Origin: an uncultured Candidatus Binatia bacterium | GTDB lineage: Bacteria; Desulfobacterota; Binatia; UBA9968; JAJDTQ01 | NCBI GenBank assembly: GCA_964291295.2 | Contig: OZ219754.1 | Location: 800,001-864,000, forward strand | Length of the DNA: 64,000 nucleotides | Reading direction: 5' to 3' | Shown here: positions 55,742 to 64,000 of the stretch, in pieces | Layout of the letters: every line of letters starts with the position of its first letter | Numbering within the stretch: position 1 is the first letter of the stretch | Notes under the pieces: generated by a model | What the model saw: the letters and a program-made list of their open reading frames with translations, nothing else | Databases searched by the model: none | Told to the model about the DNA's origin: nothing | Position numbers and translations under genes: made by a program

Positions 55742-57058
55742 TCAATGTCGCGAGGCCTCTTCGCCGGCCCAGTCGGCAAATGCGGCGACGGTGGCGGCGA
55801 TGTCGTCATCGCCGTGGGCCAGCGACACGAACAGCGCTTCGAAGGGCGACGGCGGCAGGTAGACGCCCCGCGCCAGCATGCCGTGAAAGAAGCGCGCGAA
55901 GCGGGCGCGGTCGCAGGTTCGGGCATGGTCCGGCGCGGCGACCCGTTGGGGTCCCAGGAAGAGCGTCAACATCGAGCCCACCCGGTTGACCGCGCCGGGA
56001 AGGCCCTCGCCAAGCACTCCCGCGAGACCCTCCGCGAGCTTTCGGCCCTTCTCCTCCAGCTCCCGGTACGCGGCCGGCTCCGTCAATTCACGAAGCGTGG
56101 CCAGCCCGGCGGAGACCGTCACCGGGTTTCCCGAAAGAGTGCCCGCCTGATAGACCGGGCCCACCGGCGCCAGCAGGCTCATGATGTCCCGGCGCCCGCC
56201 GAAGGCACCCACCGGAAGTCCGCCGCCCAGGATCTTGCCCAGGCAGGTGAGGTCCGGAGTGACGCCGTACCGCTCTTGGGCTCCGCCCCGGGCCACCCGG
56301 AATCCGGTAATCACCTCGTCGAAGATCAGCACGACCCCGTGGCGGGCGGTTCGCTCCCGCAGCGACTCCAGGAAACCGGGGGCAGGCGGAATCACGCCCA
56401 TGTTGCCGCACACGGGCTCCACGATCACCGCTGCCAACTCCGCACGGTTCTCATCGATCACGCGGCTGGCCGAGGAGGCGTCGTTGAAGGCCGCGATCAG
56501 CGTCTGTCCGGTGAAGCTCTCGGGCACGCCGGCGCTTTCCGGCAACGACAGGCTGGCGACGCCCGAGCCGGCCCTGGCCAGCAGCGCGTCCACGTGGCCG
56601 TGATAGCAGCCGTCGAACTTCAACACCTTGCCGCGACCGGTGTATCCGCGCGCCAGCCGGATGGCGCTCATGGTGGCCTCGGTGCCCGAGTTCACCAGCC
56701 GCAACTGCTCGACGCCGGGGATACGCTGGCAGACCAGTTCCGCCAGATCCAACTCTTTTCGTGTCGGTGCGCCGAACCCCGTGCCCTCCACCACCGCGCC
56801 GGCGACGGCCTGCACCACCGTCCGGGGCGCATGCCCCAGGATCAGCGGACCCCAGGCACACACGTAGTCGATATAGCCGCGGCCCTCCAGATCGAAAACC
56901 CGGGAACCCTCGGCACGGGCGATGTAGAGCGGCTCCCCGCCCACGGCGTTCCATGCCCGCACCGGGCTGTTGACGCCCCCGGGAACGACCCGTCTCGAAC
57001 GCTCGAAGAGGCCGGAGGATACCGGCGTCCCCTTTGTCCGTGTTCCCCCTTCCGGCAT
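55742..57058 (-). CDS. hemL: Glutamate-1-semialdehyde 2,1-aminomutase
   Basis: PGGVNSPVRA, NSGTEATM, FDEVITGFR, GKILGGGLP, YQAGTLSGNP. Confidence 0.96.
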   Translation of the reverse strand: MPEGGTRTKGTPVSSGLFERSRRVVPGGVNSPVRAWNAVGGEPLYIARAEGSRVFDLEGRGYIDYVCAWGPLILGHAPRTVVQAVAGAVVEGTGFGAPTRKELDLAELVCQRIPGVEQLRLVNSGTEATMSAIRLARGYTGRGKVLKFDGCYHGHVDALLARAGSGVASLSLPESAGVPESFTGQTLIAAFNDASSASRVIDENRAELAAVIVEPVCGNMGVIPPAPGFLESLRERTARHGVVLIFDEVITGFRVARGGAQERYGVTPDLTCLGKILGGGLPVGAFGGRRDIMSLLAPVGPVYQAGTLSGNPVTVSAGLATLRELTEPAAYRELEEKGRKLAEGLAGVLGEGLPGAVNRVGSMLTLFLGPQRVAAPDHARTCDRARFARFFHGMLARGVYLPPSPFEALFVSLAHGDDDIAATVAAFADWAGEEASRH

Positions 57059-57339
57059 TCCCTTACCTGCCGGTCCGGTTCCGCCGCCGCACCGCGGGTT
57101 CCCGCCCCGACGACCGCCCACCCATGGACTCCCGATGCCCGTGGCGCCAGCGGGATGTCATCGATCCCCTGGATTTCATTGCGAATATTGACCGCGTCAT
57201 CGTTCACCTTGCATTACCCATCAAAAAGCATTAAAAGAACCCCTTTTTTCGCCCCGGTCATAAGCTCGAAGCGTCGCAAAACCTGCCGCTGCCCTCAAGA
57301 CACGCAGTGGCCTGGACGGTTTTCGTATTGCTTGAGCCC

Positions 57340-57390
57340 GCACCTCACAAAGTTGTCCACATCTGTGGATAACATTGTTAACAACTTGAA
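57340..57390. promoter_or_regulatory. DnaA boxes upstream of dnaA (oriC part 1 / dnaA autoregulation)
   Basis: TTGTCCACA at 57353-57361 and a perfect TGTGGATAA at 57364-57372, back to back. Confidence 0.85.
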
Positions 57391-57422
57391 GAAACAAGCA
57401 CTTGGAATCCGGCAGGACGACT

Positions 57423-58733
57423 ATGAAACCGCTTCCGCGTGAGATACAGAATCGCCTCAAGGAAACAGTCGGCTTACACAATTTCGAATCCTGGATCAAA
57501 CCTCTGAGAGCCAGCGAAGTGAAGGCGGGAGCGGTCACCCTCGAGGTACCCAGCACGCTCTTCCGCAACTGGCTCAACGACAACTATATCGAGGCCATCG
57601 AGGAGGAGTTCTCGCGTCTTCACGGCCAGCGGGTCGCCATCGCGATAGCGGTCAACACGGCACACCCCGGCGACGTCAAGGCCGCACCGCGCCCGCGAAC
57701 ACCCCGTCAACCGGACGCATCGACCCTGATTCCGCGCTACACCTTCGAGAAGTTCGTGGTCGGTGCCAGCAACCAGTTTGCCCACGCCGCCTGTCTGGCC
57801 GTGACCGACCGGCCCGCGGACCACTACAACCCGCTCTTCATCTACGGCGGCGTGGGCCTGGGCAAGACCCATCTGGTGAATGCGGTGGGACATCGTCTGC
57901 TCACGCGCAACCCCGGGCAACAGGTCGTCTACACGACCTTCGAGTCGTTCATGAACCAACTCATCAGTTCTTTGCGCCGCGATCGCATGAACGAGTTCAA
58001 GAACCACTACCGCAGTATCGACGTCCTGATCCTGGACGACATCCAGTTCATCGCGGGCAAGGAACGCACCCAGGAGGAGTTCTTCCACACCTTCAACTCG
58101 CTGTACGAGAACCACAAGCAGATCATCCTCACGTCGGACCGATTCCCCAAGGAAATACCCAACCTGGAAGACCGGCTCCGGAATCGCTTCGAGTGGGGCC
58201 TGACCGCGGACATCCAGCCCCCCGACATCGAGACCCGCAGCGCGATCCTGTGCAAGAAAGCCGAGGAAGAAGAGATCGATCTGCCCCAGGAGGTGGCCAA
58301 CTTTCTGGCCACGAACATCTACTCCAACGTCCGGGAGCTTGAGGGCTCGCTCACCCGGCTGGGCGCCTTCGCTTCCCTTACCAAAGTGAAGATCACCCTG
58401 GACCTCGCCAAGGAGGTGCTGAGCCATACCCTCAAGGACAACGAGAAACAGGTCACCGTGTACAACATCCAGAAGGCCATCTGCGACCACTTCGACATCA
58501 AGATCAGCGATCTCAAGTCAAAGCGGCGCACCAGGAATCTGGCCCTGGCGCGCCAGATGGCAATGTATCTTTGCCGGAAGTTCACTTCGACATCGTTTCC
58601 GGCCATCGGAGCCGAGTTCGGCGGGCGGGATCATTCCACCGTGATCCACGCCTCCAAGACCATCGAGAAGAAGATCAAGGATCCCGACATCAGGGCCACC
58701 GTGGACCGGCTGGTGCGCCAGCTCAAGAACTGA
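57423..58733 (+). CDS. dnaA: Chromosomal replication initiator
   Basis: YTFEKFV, YNPLFIYGGVGLGKTHL, DDIQF, QEEFFHTFN, GGRDHSTV. Confidence 0.98.
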   Translation: MKPLPREIQNRLKETVGLHNFESWIKPLRASEVKAGAVTLEVPSTLFRNWLNDNYIEAIEEEFSRLHGQRVAIAIAVNTAHPGDVKAAPRPRTPRQPDASTLIPRYTFEKFVVGASNQFAHAACLAVTDRPADHYNPLFIYGGVGLGKTHLVNAVGHRLLTRNPGQQVVYTTFESFMNQLISSLRRDRMNEFKNHYRSIDVLILDDIQFIAGKERTQEEFFHTFNSLYENHKQIILTSDRFPKEIPNLEDRLRNRFEWGLTADIQPPDIETRSAILCKKAEEEEIDLPQEVANFLATNIYSNVRELEGSLTRLGAFASLTKVKITLDLAKEVLSHTLKDNEKQVTVYNIQKAICDHFDIKISDLKSKRRTRNLALARQMAMYLCRKFTSTSFPAIGAEFGGRDHSTVIHASKTIEKKIKDPDIRATVDRLVRQLKN

Positions 58734-58960
58734 GAAACCCGGTGGAAATACTGTGGAAAAACCGGCACAGCCTGTGGATTTCCTGACGCTCCCAGGCCGC
58801 TCTACTCCCGTCGCTGTGAAGAACGTGCATTGCGACAATTTTCTTTCCACTCCAAAGATGCTTCAATATCCGCAGGTTGTGACGTCTATCCCGATATTCA
58901 CAGCCCCTTCTGCTACTCTTGACTCCTATACTATTGGAAGAATTGACAGAGCCGTGTGAT
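58734..58960. other. oriC unwinding region in the dnaA-dnaN spacer
   Basis: Degenerate DnaA boxes (TGTGGAAAA, TGTGGATTT, TGTGAAGAA, ATATTCACA), then GCCCC and a TAC/TAT-rich DnaA-trio-like tract. Confidence 0.75.
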
Positions 58961-58972
58961 CCAGGAGGACAA

Positions 58973-60079
58973 ATGGAGATCAAAGCCACACGGGAAGACT
59001 TCCTGAGTGCGTTGTCCCGGATTCAGGGAACGGTGGAACGACGCAACACCATGCCGATTCTGGCCAACGTCCTGATCGAGACCCATACGAACCGGATACG
59101 AGTGACGGCCACGGACCTCGAGGTGGGAGTTCGGGCGAGTCTCAACGGCGACATCGTCACCGCGGGCCGCGTTACCGTGGATGCCAGGAAGCTGTTCGAG
59201 ATCGTTCGTGAACTGTCCGACGAGATGATTGAATTGCAACGGCTCGAGAATGACCGGGTGGAGATCCGCAGCGGCAAGTCGGTGTTCAGGATGGTGGGTC
59301 TCGACGCTCGGGAGTTTCCGGTGCTGGCCACGAGTCCGGAGGGCGAGCGCAGCGAATGTCCGGCCCATGTCCTGAAGGAGATGATCGACAAGACGGTCTT
59401 TTCCATCTCCACGGACGAGACCCGCTCCAACATCAACGGCGCGCTGATCCAACCCTCGGGGGAGGCCAGCGTACGGATGGTGACCACCGACGGCCACCGG
59501 TTGTCGCTGGTGCAGCGGGAGATCGGCCCGCTGGGTCTGGAGAAGGGCGTCATCATACCGCGGAAGGGGCTGACGGAGCTTCGCAAACTGCTGGAAGACG
59601 CCGGCCAGGAGTTGGTCGCGCTGGGCTTCAGCGACAACATGGTATTCGTGTGGAGCGGGGATGTGGAGATGTCGATCCGGCTGATCGACGGCGACTTCCC
59701 CGAATACGACAAGGTCATACCGAGTGACAACGAGAACGAGGCCAACGTGGTGCAGCACAGCCTGTACCGGGCTTTGCGGCGGGTGGCGCTGCTGTCCAGC
59801 GACCGTTATCGGGGTATCCGGGTGGAGTTGCAGGATGGCCGCATGTCCGTCTCGGCCAACAATCCGGAGTTGGGCGAGGCGACGGAGGAACTGGCGCTGG
59901 AATACCAGGGTCCGCAGTTGGCAATCGGCTACAATCCCAATTACCTGCTGGATATTCTCGGCGTCCTGGAGTCCGAGGACGAGATCCGGATGCTGTTCAG
60001 GGACGACGAGAGTCCGATGCTGTTGAAACGCGTTCGGGACGAAAGCCTGTTGTACGTCGTGATGCCGATGCGGATCTAG
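58973..60079 (+). CDS. dnaN: DNA polymerase III beta clamp
   Basis: MPILANVL, ATDLE, TTDGHRL, IIPRK, YVVMPMRI. Confidence 0.97.
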   Translation: MEIKATREDFLSALSRIQGTVERRNTMPILANVLIETHTNRIRVTATDLEVGVRASLNGDIVTAGRVTVDARKLFEIVRELSDEMIELQRLENDRVEIRSGKSVFRMVGLDAREFPVLATSPEGERSECPAHVLKEMIDKTVFSISTDETRSNINGALIQPSGEASVRMVTTDGHRLSLVQREIGPLGLEKGVIIPRKGLTELRKLLEDAGQELVALGFSDNMVFVWSGDVEMSIRLIDGDFPEYDKVIPSDNENEANVVQHSLYRALRRVALLSSDRYRGIRVELQDGRMSVSANNPELGEATEELALEYQGPQLAIGYNPNYLLDILGVLESEDEIRMLFRDDESPMLLKRVRDESLLYVVMPMRI

Positions 60080-60085
60080 CCGGCC

Positions 60086-60592
60086 ATGGCGGACAAAGCT
60101 CACACGGATCGAAGCCTCAAGAGCGTCGCCTGTTTCGTCATCACCGTCAGCGACACCCGCGACGAGGCCACCGACCGGAGCGGCGCCGCCATCAGACAAC
60201 TCCTGGAAACGGGCGGACACGCGGTGGCGGGCTACGAAATCGTCAAGGACGAGCCGGATGACATCCATGTGTTGATCGACAAGGCGCTGGCGATGCCGGA
60301 CGCGGACGTGGTGCTGCTCAACGGCGGTACCGGCGTGGCGCCGAGAGACGGTACCTTCGAGGTCGTCAGCGGCATGCTCGACAAGCGCATTGACGGTTTC
60401 GGAGAGTTGTTCCGGATTCTCAGCTACGAGGAGATCGGCTCGGCGGCCATGCTGAGCCGCGCGGTGGCGGGCACGGTGGGCTCTCGCATCGTGGTGTCGA
60501 TGCCGGGGTCCCGTGGGGCCGTGGAGTTGGCCATGCGCAAGCTCCTGGTGCCGCAGTTGGGCCACATGGTGGCGCAGGTCCGAGGCCTGTGA
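60086..60592 (+). CDS. moaB: Molybdenum cofactor biosynthesis protein B (MogA/MoaB)
   Basis: ITVSD, GGTG..PRD, GFGELFR, AMLSRA, MPGS. Confidence 0.92.
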   Translation: MADKAHTDRSLKSVACFVITVSDTRDEATDRSGAAIRQLLETGGHAVAGYEIVKDEPDDIHVLIDKALAMPDADVVLLNGGTGVAPRDGTFEVVSGMLDKRIDGFGELFRILSYEEIGSAAMLSRAVAGTVGSRIVVSMPGSRGAVELAMRKLLVPQLGHMVAQVRGL

Positions 60593-60834
60593 AGGTCCGG
60601 GTCAAGCTCTTCGCCATGCTTCGGGAACGGGCGGGGACCGGCGATATCGTCCAGGAGCTTCCCGAGGGCAGCACCGTGGGCGATCTCTGGGACGAGTTGC
60701 GGCGTCGGTACGCAGGGATTGCCGCAGTCGAGTTGAAGCTTCTTCACGCCGTGAACCGGGAGTATGTCGCTCCCGGCCATCGGCTCGCGGACGGCGACGA
60801 GGTCGCCTTCATACCACCCGTAAGCGGAGGGTAA
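60589..60834 (+). CDS. moaD: Molybdopterin synthase sulfur carrier
   Basis: LFAMLRE...AVN...DEVAFIPPVSGG (C-terminal GG). Confidence 0.95.
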   Translation: MKVRVKLFAMLRERAGTGDIVQELPEGSTVGDLWDELRRRYAGIAAVELKLLHAVNREYVAPGHRLADGDEVAFIPPVSGG

Positions 60835-60835
60835 C

Positions 60836-61303
60836 GTGTACCGGCTTGTGGACCGTCCCATCGAATTGAACGATCTGGTGGCCTTCGTGGGGGATCCCGG
60901 GGCGGGCGCCCTGGCCACGTTCATCGGAACCACCCGGGACAACAACGAAGGCCGTTCCATCGTCTCTCTGGACTACGAGGCCTACCCGGGGATGGCCGAG
61001 CAGGAGATGGCCCGGCTCGGGGAAGATGCGGCGAAGCAGTGGCACATCACGCGAATGGCCATCGTGCACCGCACCGGCAATGTGCCCATCGGCCAGGCCA
61101 GCGTCATCATCGCGGTGTCGGCGCCGCACCGGGACGACGCCTTCAAGGCCTGCCGCTACGCCATCGACGAACTCAAGAAACGCGTACCCATCTGGAAGAA
61201 GGAGATCTACCAAGGCGGGGAAGTCTGGATCGGCAGTCAGACCGGCGAGCGGTTCGCCGCCCCGCCGGACGCCTCGACAACAGTCCCGCTTTCGCGGGAA
61301 TGA
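60836..61303 (+). CDS. moaE: Molybdopterin synthase catalytic subunit
   Basis: FIGTTR, LDYEAY, HRTG, SAPHR, PIWKKE. Confidence 0.95.
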   Translation: MYRLVDRPIELNDLVAFVGDPGAGALATFIGTTRDNNEGRSIVSLDYEAYPGMAEQEMARLGEDAAKQWHITRMAIVHRTGNVPIGQASVIIAVSAPHRDDAFKACRYAIDELKKRVPIWKKEIYQGGEVWIGSQTGERFAAPPDASTTVPLSRE

Positions 61304-61344
61304 CGGAGCGCGGCACCGGTATCCAGGCCGGGCGGAGCCCGCGG

Positions 61345-62079
61345 TCAGCCCTCCTCGATGCGGAGAATGGCCGACTCCGGCAACTTCTCCAGCAGTCCGG
61401 CCACCGCCTGGTCGAGATAGTCGCCGCTCTTGGACTCCACCGTCACCTTCACCTTGTAGTCCGGATTGTCCAGCACCGGATAGGAACCGAGCATGATGTC
61501 GGGAAACCGTGCCAGCAGGTCGTTCAGTGTCTCGGCGATGACGCCCTCGCCGTTGCGGATGTAGATGTTCCTGAGGTGGTAGGGCGCCTCGCGGAAGCGC
61601 TCCTTGATGGCGTTGAAGCGATCCTGCAGAATGCGCGGCACGCCGGCGAAGATGTAGACGTTGTTCATCCGCACCACCGGAGCGAACAGCGAACCGCCGC
61701 CCACGAGTTCGGCTCCGTCCGGCACCATGGCCATGCGCCGCCGTGCCGGATTGAGTTCGGCGCCGTAGCGCTGCGACAGTCGGCGTTCGAGTTGCGGGTG
61801 GATGACCGCCTCGACCCCGAAGCCATGGGCGATGCCCTCGATGGTGACATCGTCGTGGGTGGGGCCGACGCCGCCGGTGGTGAAGACGAGGTTCCACCTG
61901 GCGGAGAAACGCGCGGCCGTGCGTCCGATGAGTTCCCGGTGGTCGGGGATGACGGTGACGCGCTGCACGTCGACGCCCAGGAGCCGCAGCTCTCGACAAA
62001 GAAAGGTCGAGTTGATGTCCTGGGTCTTGCCCGACAGGACTTCGTTGCCAATGATGATGATGCCCGCGGTCTTCGACAT
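61345..62079 (-). CDS. CinA N-terminal-like molybdopterin-binding domain protein (COG1058 pyrophosphatase)
   Basis: IGNEVLSGKTQDIN, TTGGVGPTHDDVT, GVP, GSYP. Confidence 0.88.
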   Translation of the reverse strand: MSKTAGIIIIGNEVLSGKTQDINSTFLCRELRLLGVDVQRVTVIPDHRELIGRTAARFSARWNLVFTTGGVGPTHDDVTIEGIAHGFGVEAVIHPQLERRLSQRYGAELNPARRRMAMVPDGAELVGGGSLFAPVVRMNNVYIFAGVPRILQDRFNAIKERFREAPYHLRNIYIRNGEGVIAETLNDLLARFPDIMLGSYPVLDNPDYKVKVTVESKSGDYLDQAVAGLLEKLPESAILRIEEG

Positions 62080-62153
62080 GGCGTGGCCTCATACTATGCC
62101 ATGTCGGGGCAAAGCGAAAGAACCCGAGGACCACGGGAGGAGGTCCGGATGAG

Positions 62154-62882
62154 ATGACAGGGACAGCGCAATACCTGATCGATGTGGCCTATCCGTACTG
62201 GGAGACCGAGGCGGAGATCGCCAGGCGCTTCTTCCGCGCCAAGCCGGCGCGCGAGCGGCACATCCACTGGCTTCGGGCACAGCTCTGGAAGGAGCTGCAT
62301 CCGGTGGACGGTTACTTCAGCGGCCTCCATCGGGAGCTCGCCAATCTGGTGGAGATGTTCCCGGAGGTGGATCGGACCGTGGACCGCCACCACTATCACG
62401 GGCTCCTGGAGCAGATGGTGCAGGAGTTCAACCATTATGTGCTCCAGGCGGACATCCTGGAGTACCTGCTGGGCCGAAGGATCGGCGCCGATGACACCGT
62501 CCAGTTGTCCGAGGAGAAGACCCTGGGGAATCTGCGCCGGACCTTTGTCGCCGGCTCGGCGGTGGAAAAGGCGGCGGTGCTGGTGACGGAAGGGGGCGGT
62601 GCGAGACTGTTTCGCGAGGGGCGCAAGCTCAAGGGAGGCGTGCTCGAACGCAAGATTGCCGCGGCCATGGAGGTCATCTACCAGGATGAGAAGAGCCACT
62701 ACCGGGTGGCGGCGCAAGAGGCCGCCTCGGCGGTCGCCGGCCAACGCGATCTGAAGGCCATGAAGCGGGCCATCCAGCGCGTCAGCCTGCAGCGGGTGCA
62801 CATGAGGAACGAGATGTTCCAGTTCCCGCTGTCGGCGGAGGGCGTCAAGCGCTGCCTGGTCAAGTTTCACAGGGAGGTCTGA
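62154..62882 (+). CDS. Ferritin-like di-iron domain protein, uncharacterised
   Basis: Two ExxH motifs (EFNH, EKSH) plus spaced Glu residues in a helical protein. Confidence 0.6.
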   Translation: MTGTAQYLIDVAYPYWETEAEIARRFFRAKPARERHIHWLRAQLWKELHPVDGYFSGLHRELANLVEMFPEVDRTVDRHHYHGLLEQMVQEFNHYVLQADILEYLLGRRIGADDTVQLSEEKTLGNLRRTFVAGSAVEKAAVLVTEGGGARLFREGRKLKGGVLERKIAAAMEVIYQDEKSHYRVAAQEAASAVAGQRDLKAMKRAIQRVSLQRVHMRNEMFQFPLSAEGVKRCLVKFHREV

Positions 62883-62975
62883 CCGCGGGCGGCCGCGGCG
62901 CGGGAAGGACGGCCAGCGTGCGGTGGTCCCCGGGGTGGCGCGGTGTGGTCGGGAGACCGCTGGCGGGACGCGCCG

Positions 62976-63776
62976 TCAGGGCCGACCCGGTGGATGGCCC
63001 TTGGGGCCGGCGCATACGCCGCGGCGCGATGAGCGGATGAAGTCCAGGAGTTCCAGGACGTCGCCGGAGGCGTCGCCAAGGGCGGCTTCCAGTTCCTTCA
63101 CCGACGCGCCGAGGTTGCGCCGCTTGCGAAAGAGAAGCTGAAAGGCGTTCTTCAGGGTCCGGATCCTGGCGTCGTCGAAACCGGCCCGCCGCAACCCCAC
63201 GACATTCAGCCCGCGTACCGTATGCTGCCAGTCGATGATGGAGAACGGAGGCACGTCGCGGCTCGTGGCGCTCATGCCGCGCATGATGGCGATACGCCCG
63301 ACGCGGACGAACTGGTGGACCGCGCAGTTCGCGGAGAGCACCGCGCGGTCGCCCACCTCCACGTAGCCCCCCAGCACGGCGTTGTTGGTCAGGATGATGC
63401 GGTTGCCCAGCTTGCAGTTGTGGCCCACGTGGCTGTTGGCCATCAGGAAGTTGTCATCGCCGATGACGGTGGTGGTTTCGGCCGCGGTGCCCCGGTGTAC
63501 CTGAACCCCCTCGCGGAACACGTTGCGGTGGCCGATGCGGAGGTAGGATCTGGCGCCCCGGTACGACAGATCCTGTGGCGCGTCGCCGAGTACCGCCCCG
63601 CTGTGCACCTCGTTGCCTTCCCCGATCTCGGTCCAGCCCATGACCACGGCGTGCGGCGACAGGTGTGTTCCCGCCCCGATCTTCACCGGCCCGTCGACCA
63701 CGGCGTAAGCACCCAGTCGAGCCTCGGGATGGATTTCCGCCCGTGGATCCACCACGGCTGCAGGATGTATCGACAT
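62976..63776 (-). CDS. lpxA: UDP-N-acetylglucosamine O-acyltransferase
   Basis: IHPAAVVD hexapeptide repeats, PQDL, RE..VHRGT, HVGHNC, VHQF, GLNVVGLRR. Confidence 0.93.
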   Translation of the reverse strand: MSIHPAAVVDPRAEIHPEARLGAYAVVDGPVKIGAGTHLSPHAVVMGWTEIGEGNEVHSGAVLGDAPQDLSYRGARSYLRIGHRNVFREGVQVHRGTAAETTTVIGDDNFLMANSHVGHNCKLGNRIILTNNAVLGGYVEVGDRAVLSANCAVHQFVRVGRIAIMRGMSATSRDVPPFSIIDWQHTVRGLNVVGLRRAGFDDARIRTLKNAFQLLFRKRRNLGASVKELEAALGDASGDVLELLDFIRSSRRGVCAGPKGHPPGRP

Positions 63777-63834
63777 GGGATGATGCCCGCCCGTTTGCAG
63801 CGTCACACCGCGCTGACGGGCGCGGCATCCGGTA

Positions 63835-64000
63835 TCATCGACGGTCGGTCTCGTCGTGCGCTTCGTCCTCAAGATCGGCGCCGGCGATCCGGTACTTGCC
63901 GTCTGCCCAGGATCCGAGATCCACGACGCGGCAACGTTCCGAACAGAAGGGCCGGTGCGGGTTGCCGGCCCATACAGTCTCGGTACGGCAAATGGGGCAT
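63835..64000 (-). CDS. yacG: DNA gyrase inhibitor YacG (5' end outside the window)
   Basis: Manual translation: [38 protein letters not shown]. Confidence 0.92.
   Translation of the reverse strand, partial: CPICRTETVWAGNPHRPFCSERCRVVDLGSWADGKYRIAGADLEDEAHDETDRR

Noticed and set aside
57122-57340. rpmH (L34) upstream of dnaA
   Set aside because: No MKRT[FY]QP...HGF ORF found by eye on either strand.

Overview
High-GC bacterial chromosomal window. The hemL-atpZ-atpI-atpB-atpE order suggests a deltaproteobacterial-type lineage (inference). The right end is core genome around the replication origin: atp F0 genes, hemL, a bipartite oriC with DnaA boxes on both sides of dnaA, dnaN, moaBDE, lpxA and yacG. 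The middle is a large metal-homeostasis region: Znu-like ABC, SO_0444-type permease, two SCO proteins, DtxR-family regulator, bacterioferritin, decaying hmuUV, Fe3+-binding protein, a fused double ABC transporter, a TroA/Mnt-like ABC, a Cox11-domain fusion and VKOR-Trx. The left end carries catabolic enzymes. Three accessory/defence inserts interrupt this backbone. (1) An intact, tightly coupled pair of a SNF2 helicase and an actin/Hsp70-fold ATPase (5.5-10.1 kb); this is the best candidate for an undescribed system. (2) A C-R-M type II restriction-modification locus whose endonuclease is internally deleted, followed by an IS5-derived mini-element. (3) A type III-like res-mod pair whose mod gene is frameshifted at a 23-nt poly-C tract, next to a decayed TIGR04255-type module and IS debris. 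The ORF track splits a probable UxxC selenoprotein redoxin next to msrA. All family calls come from motif recognition by eye; no searches were run.
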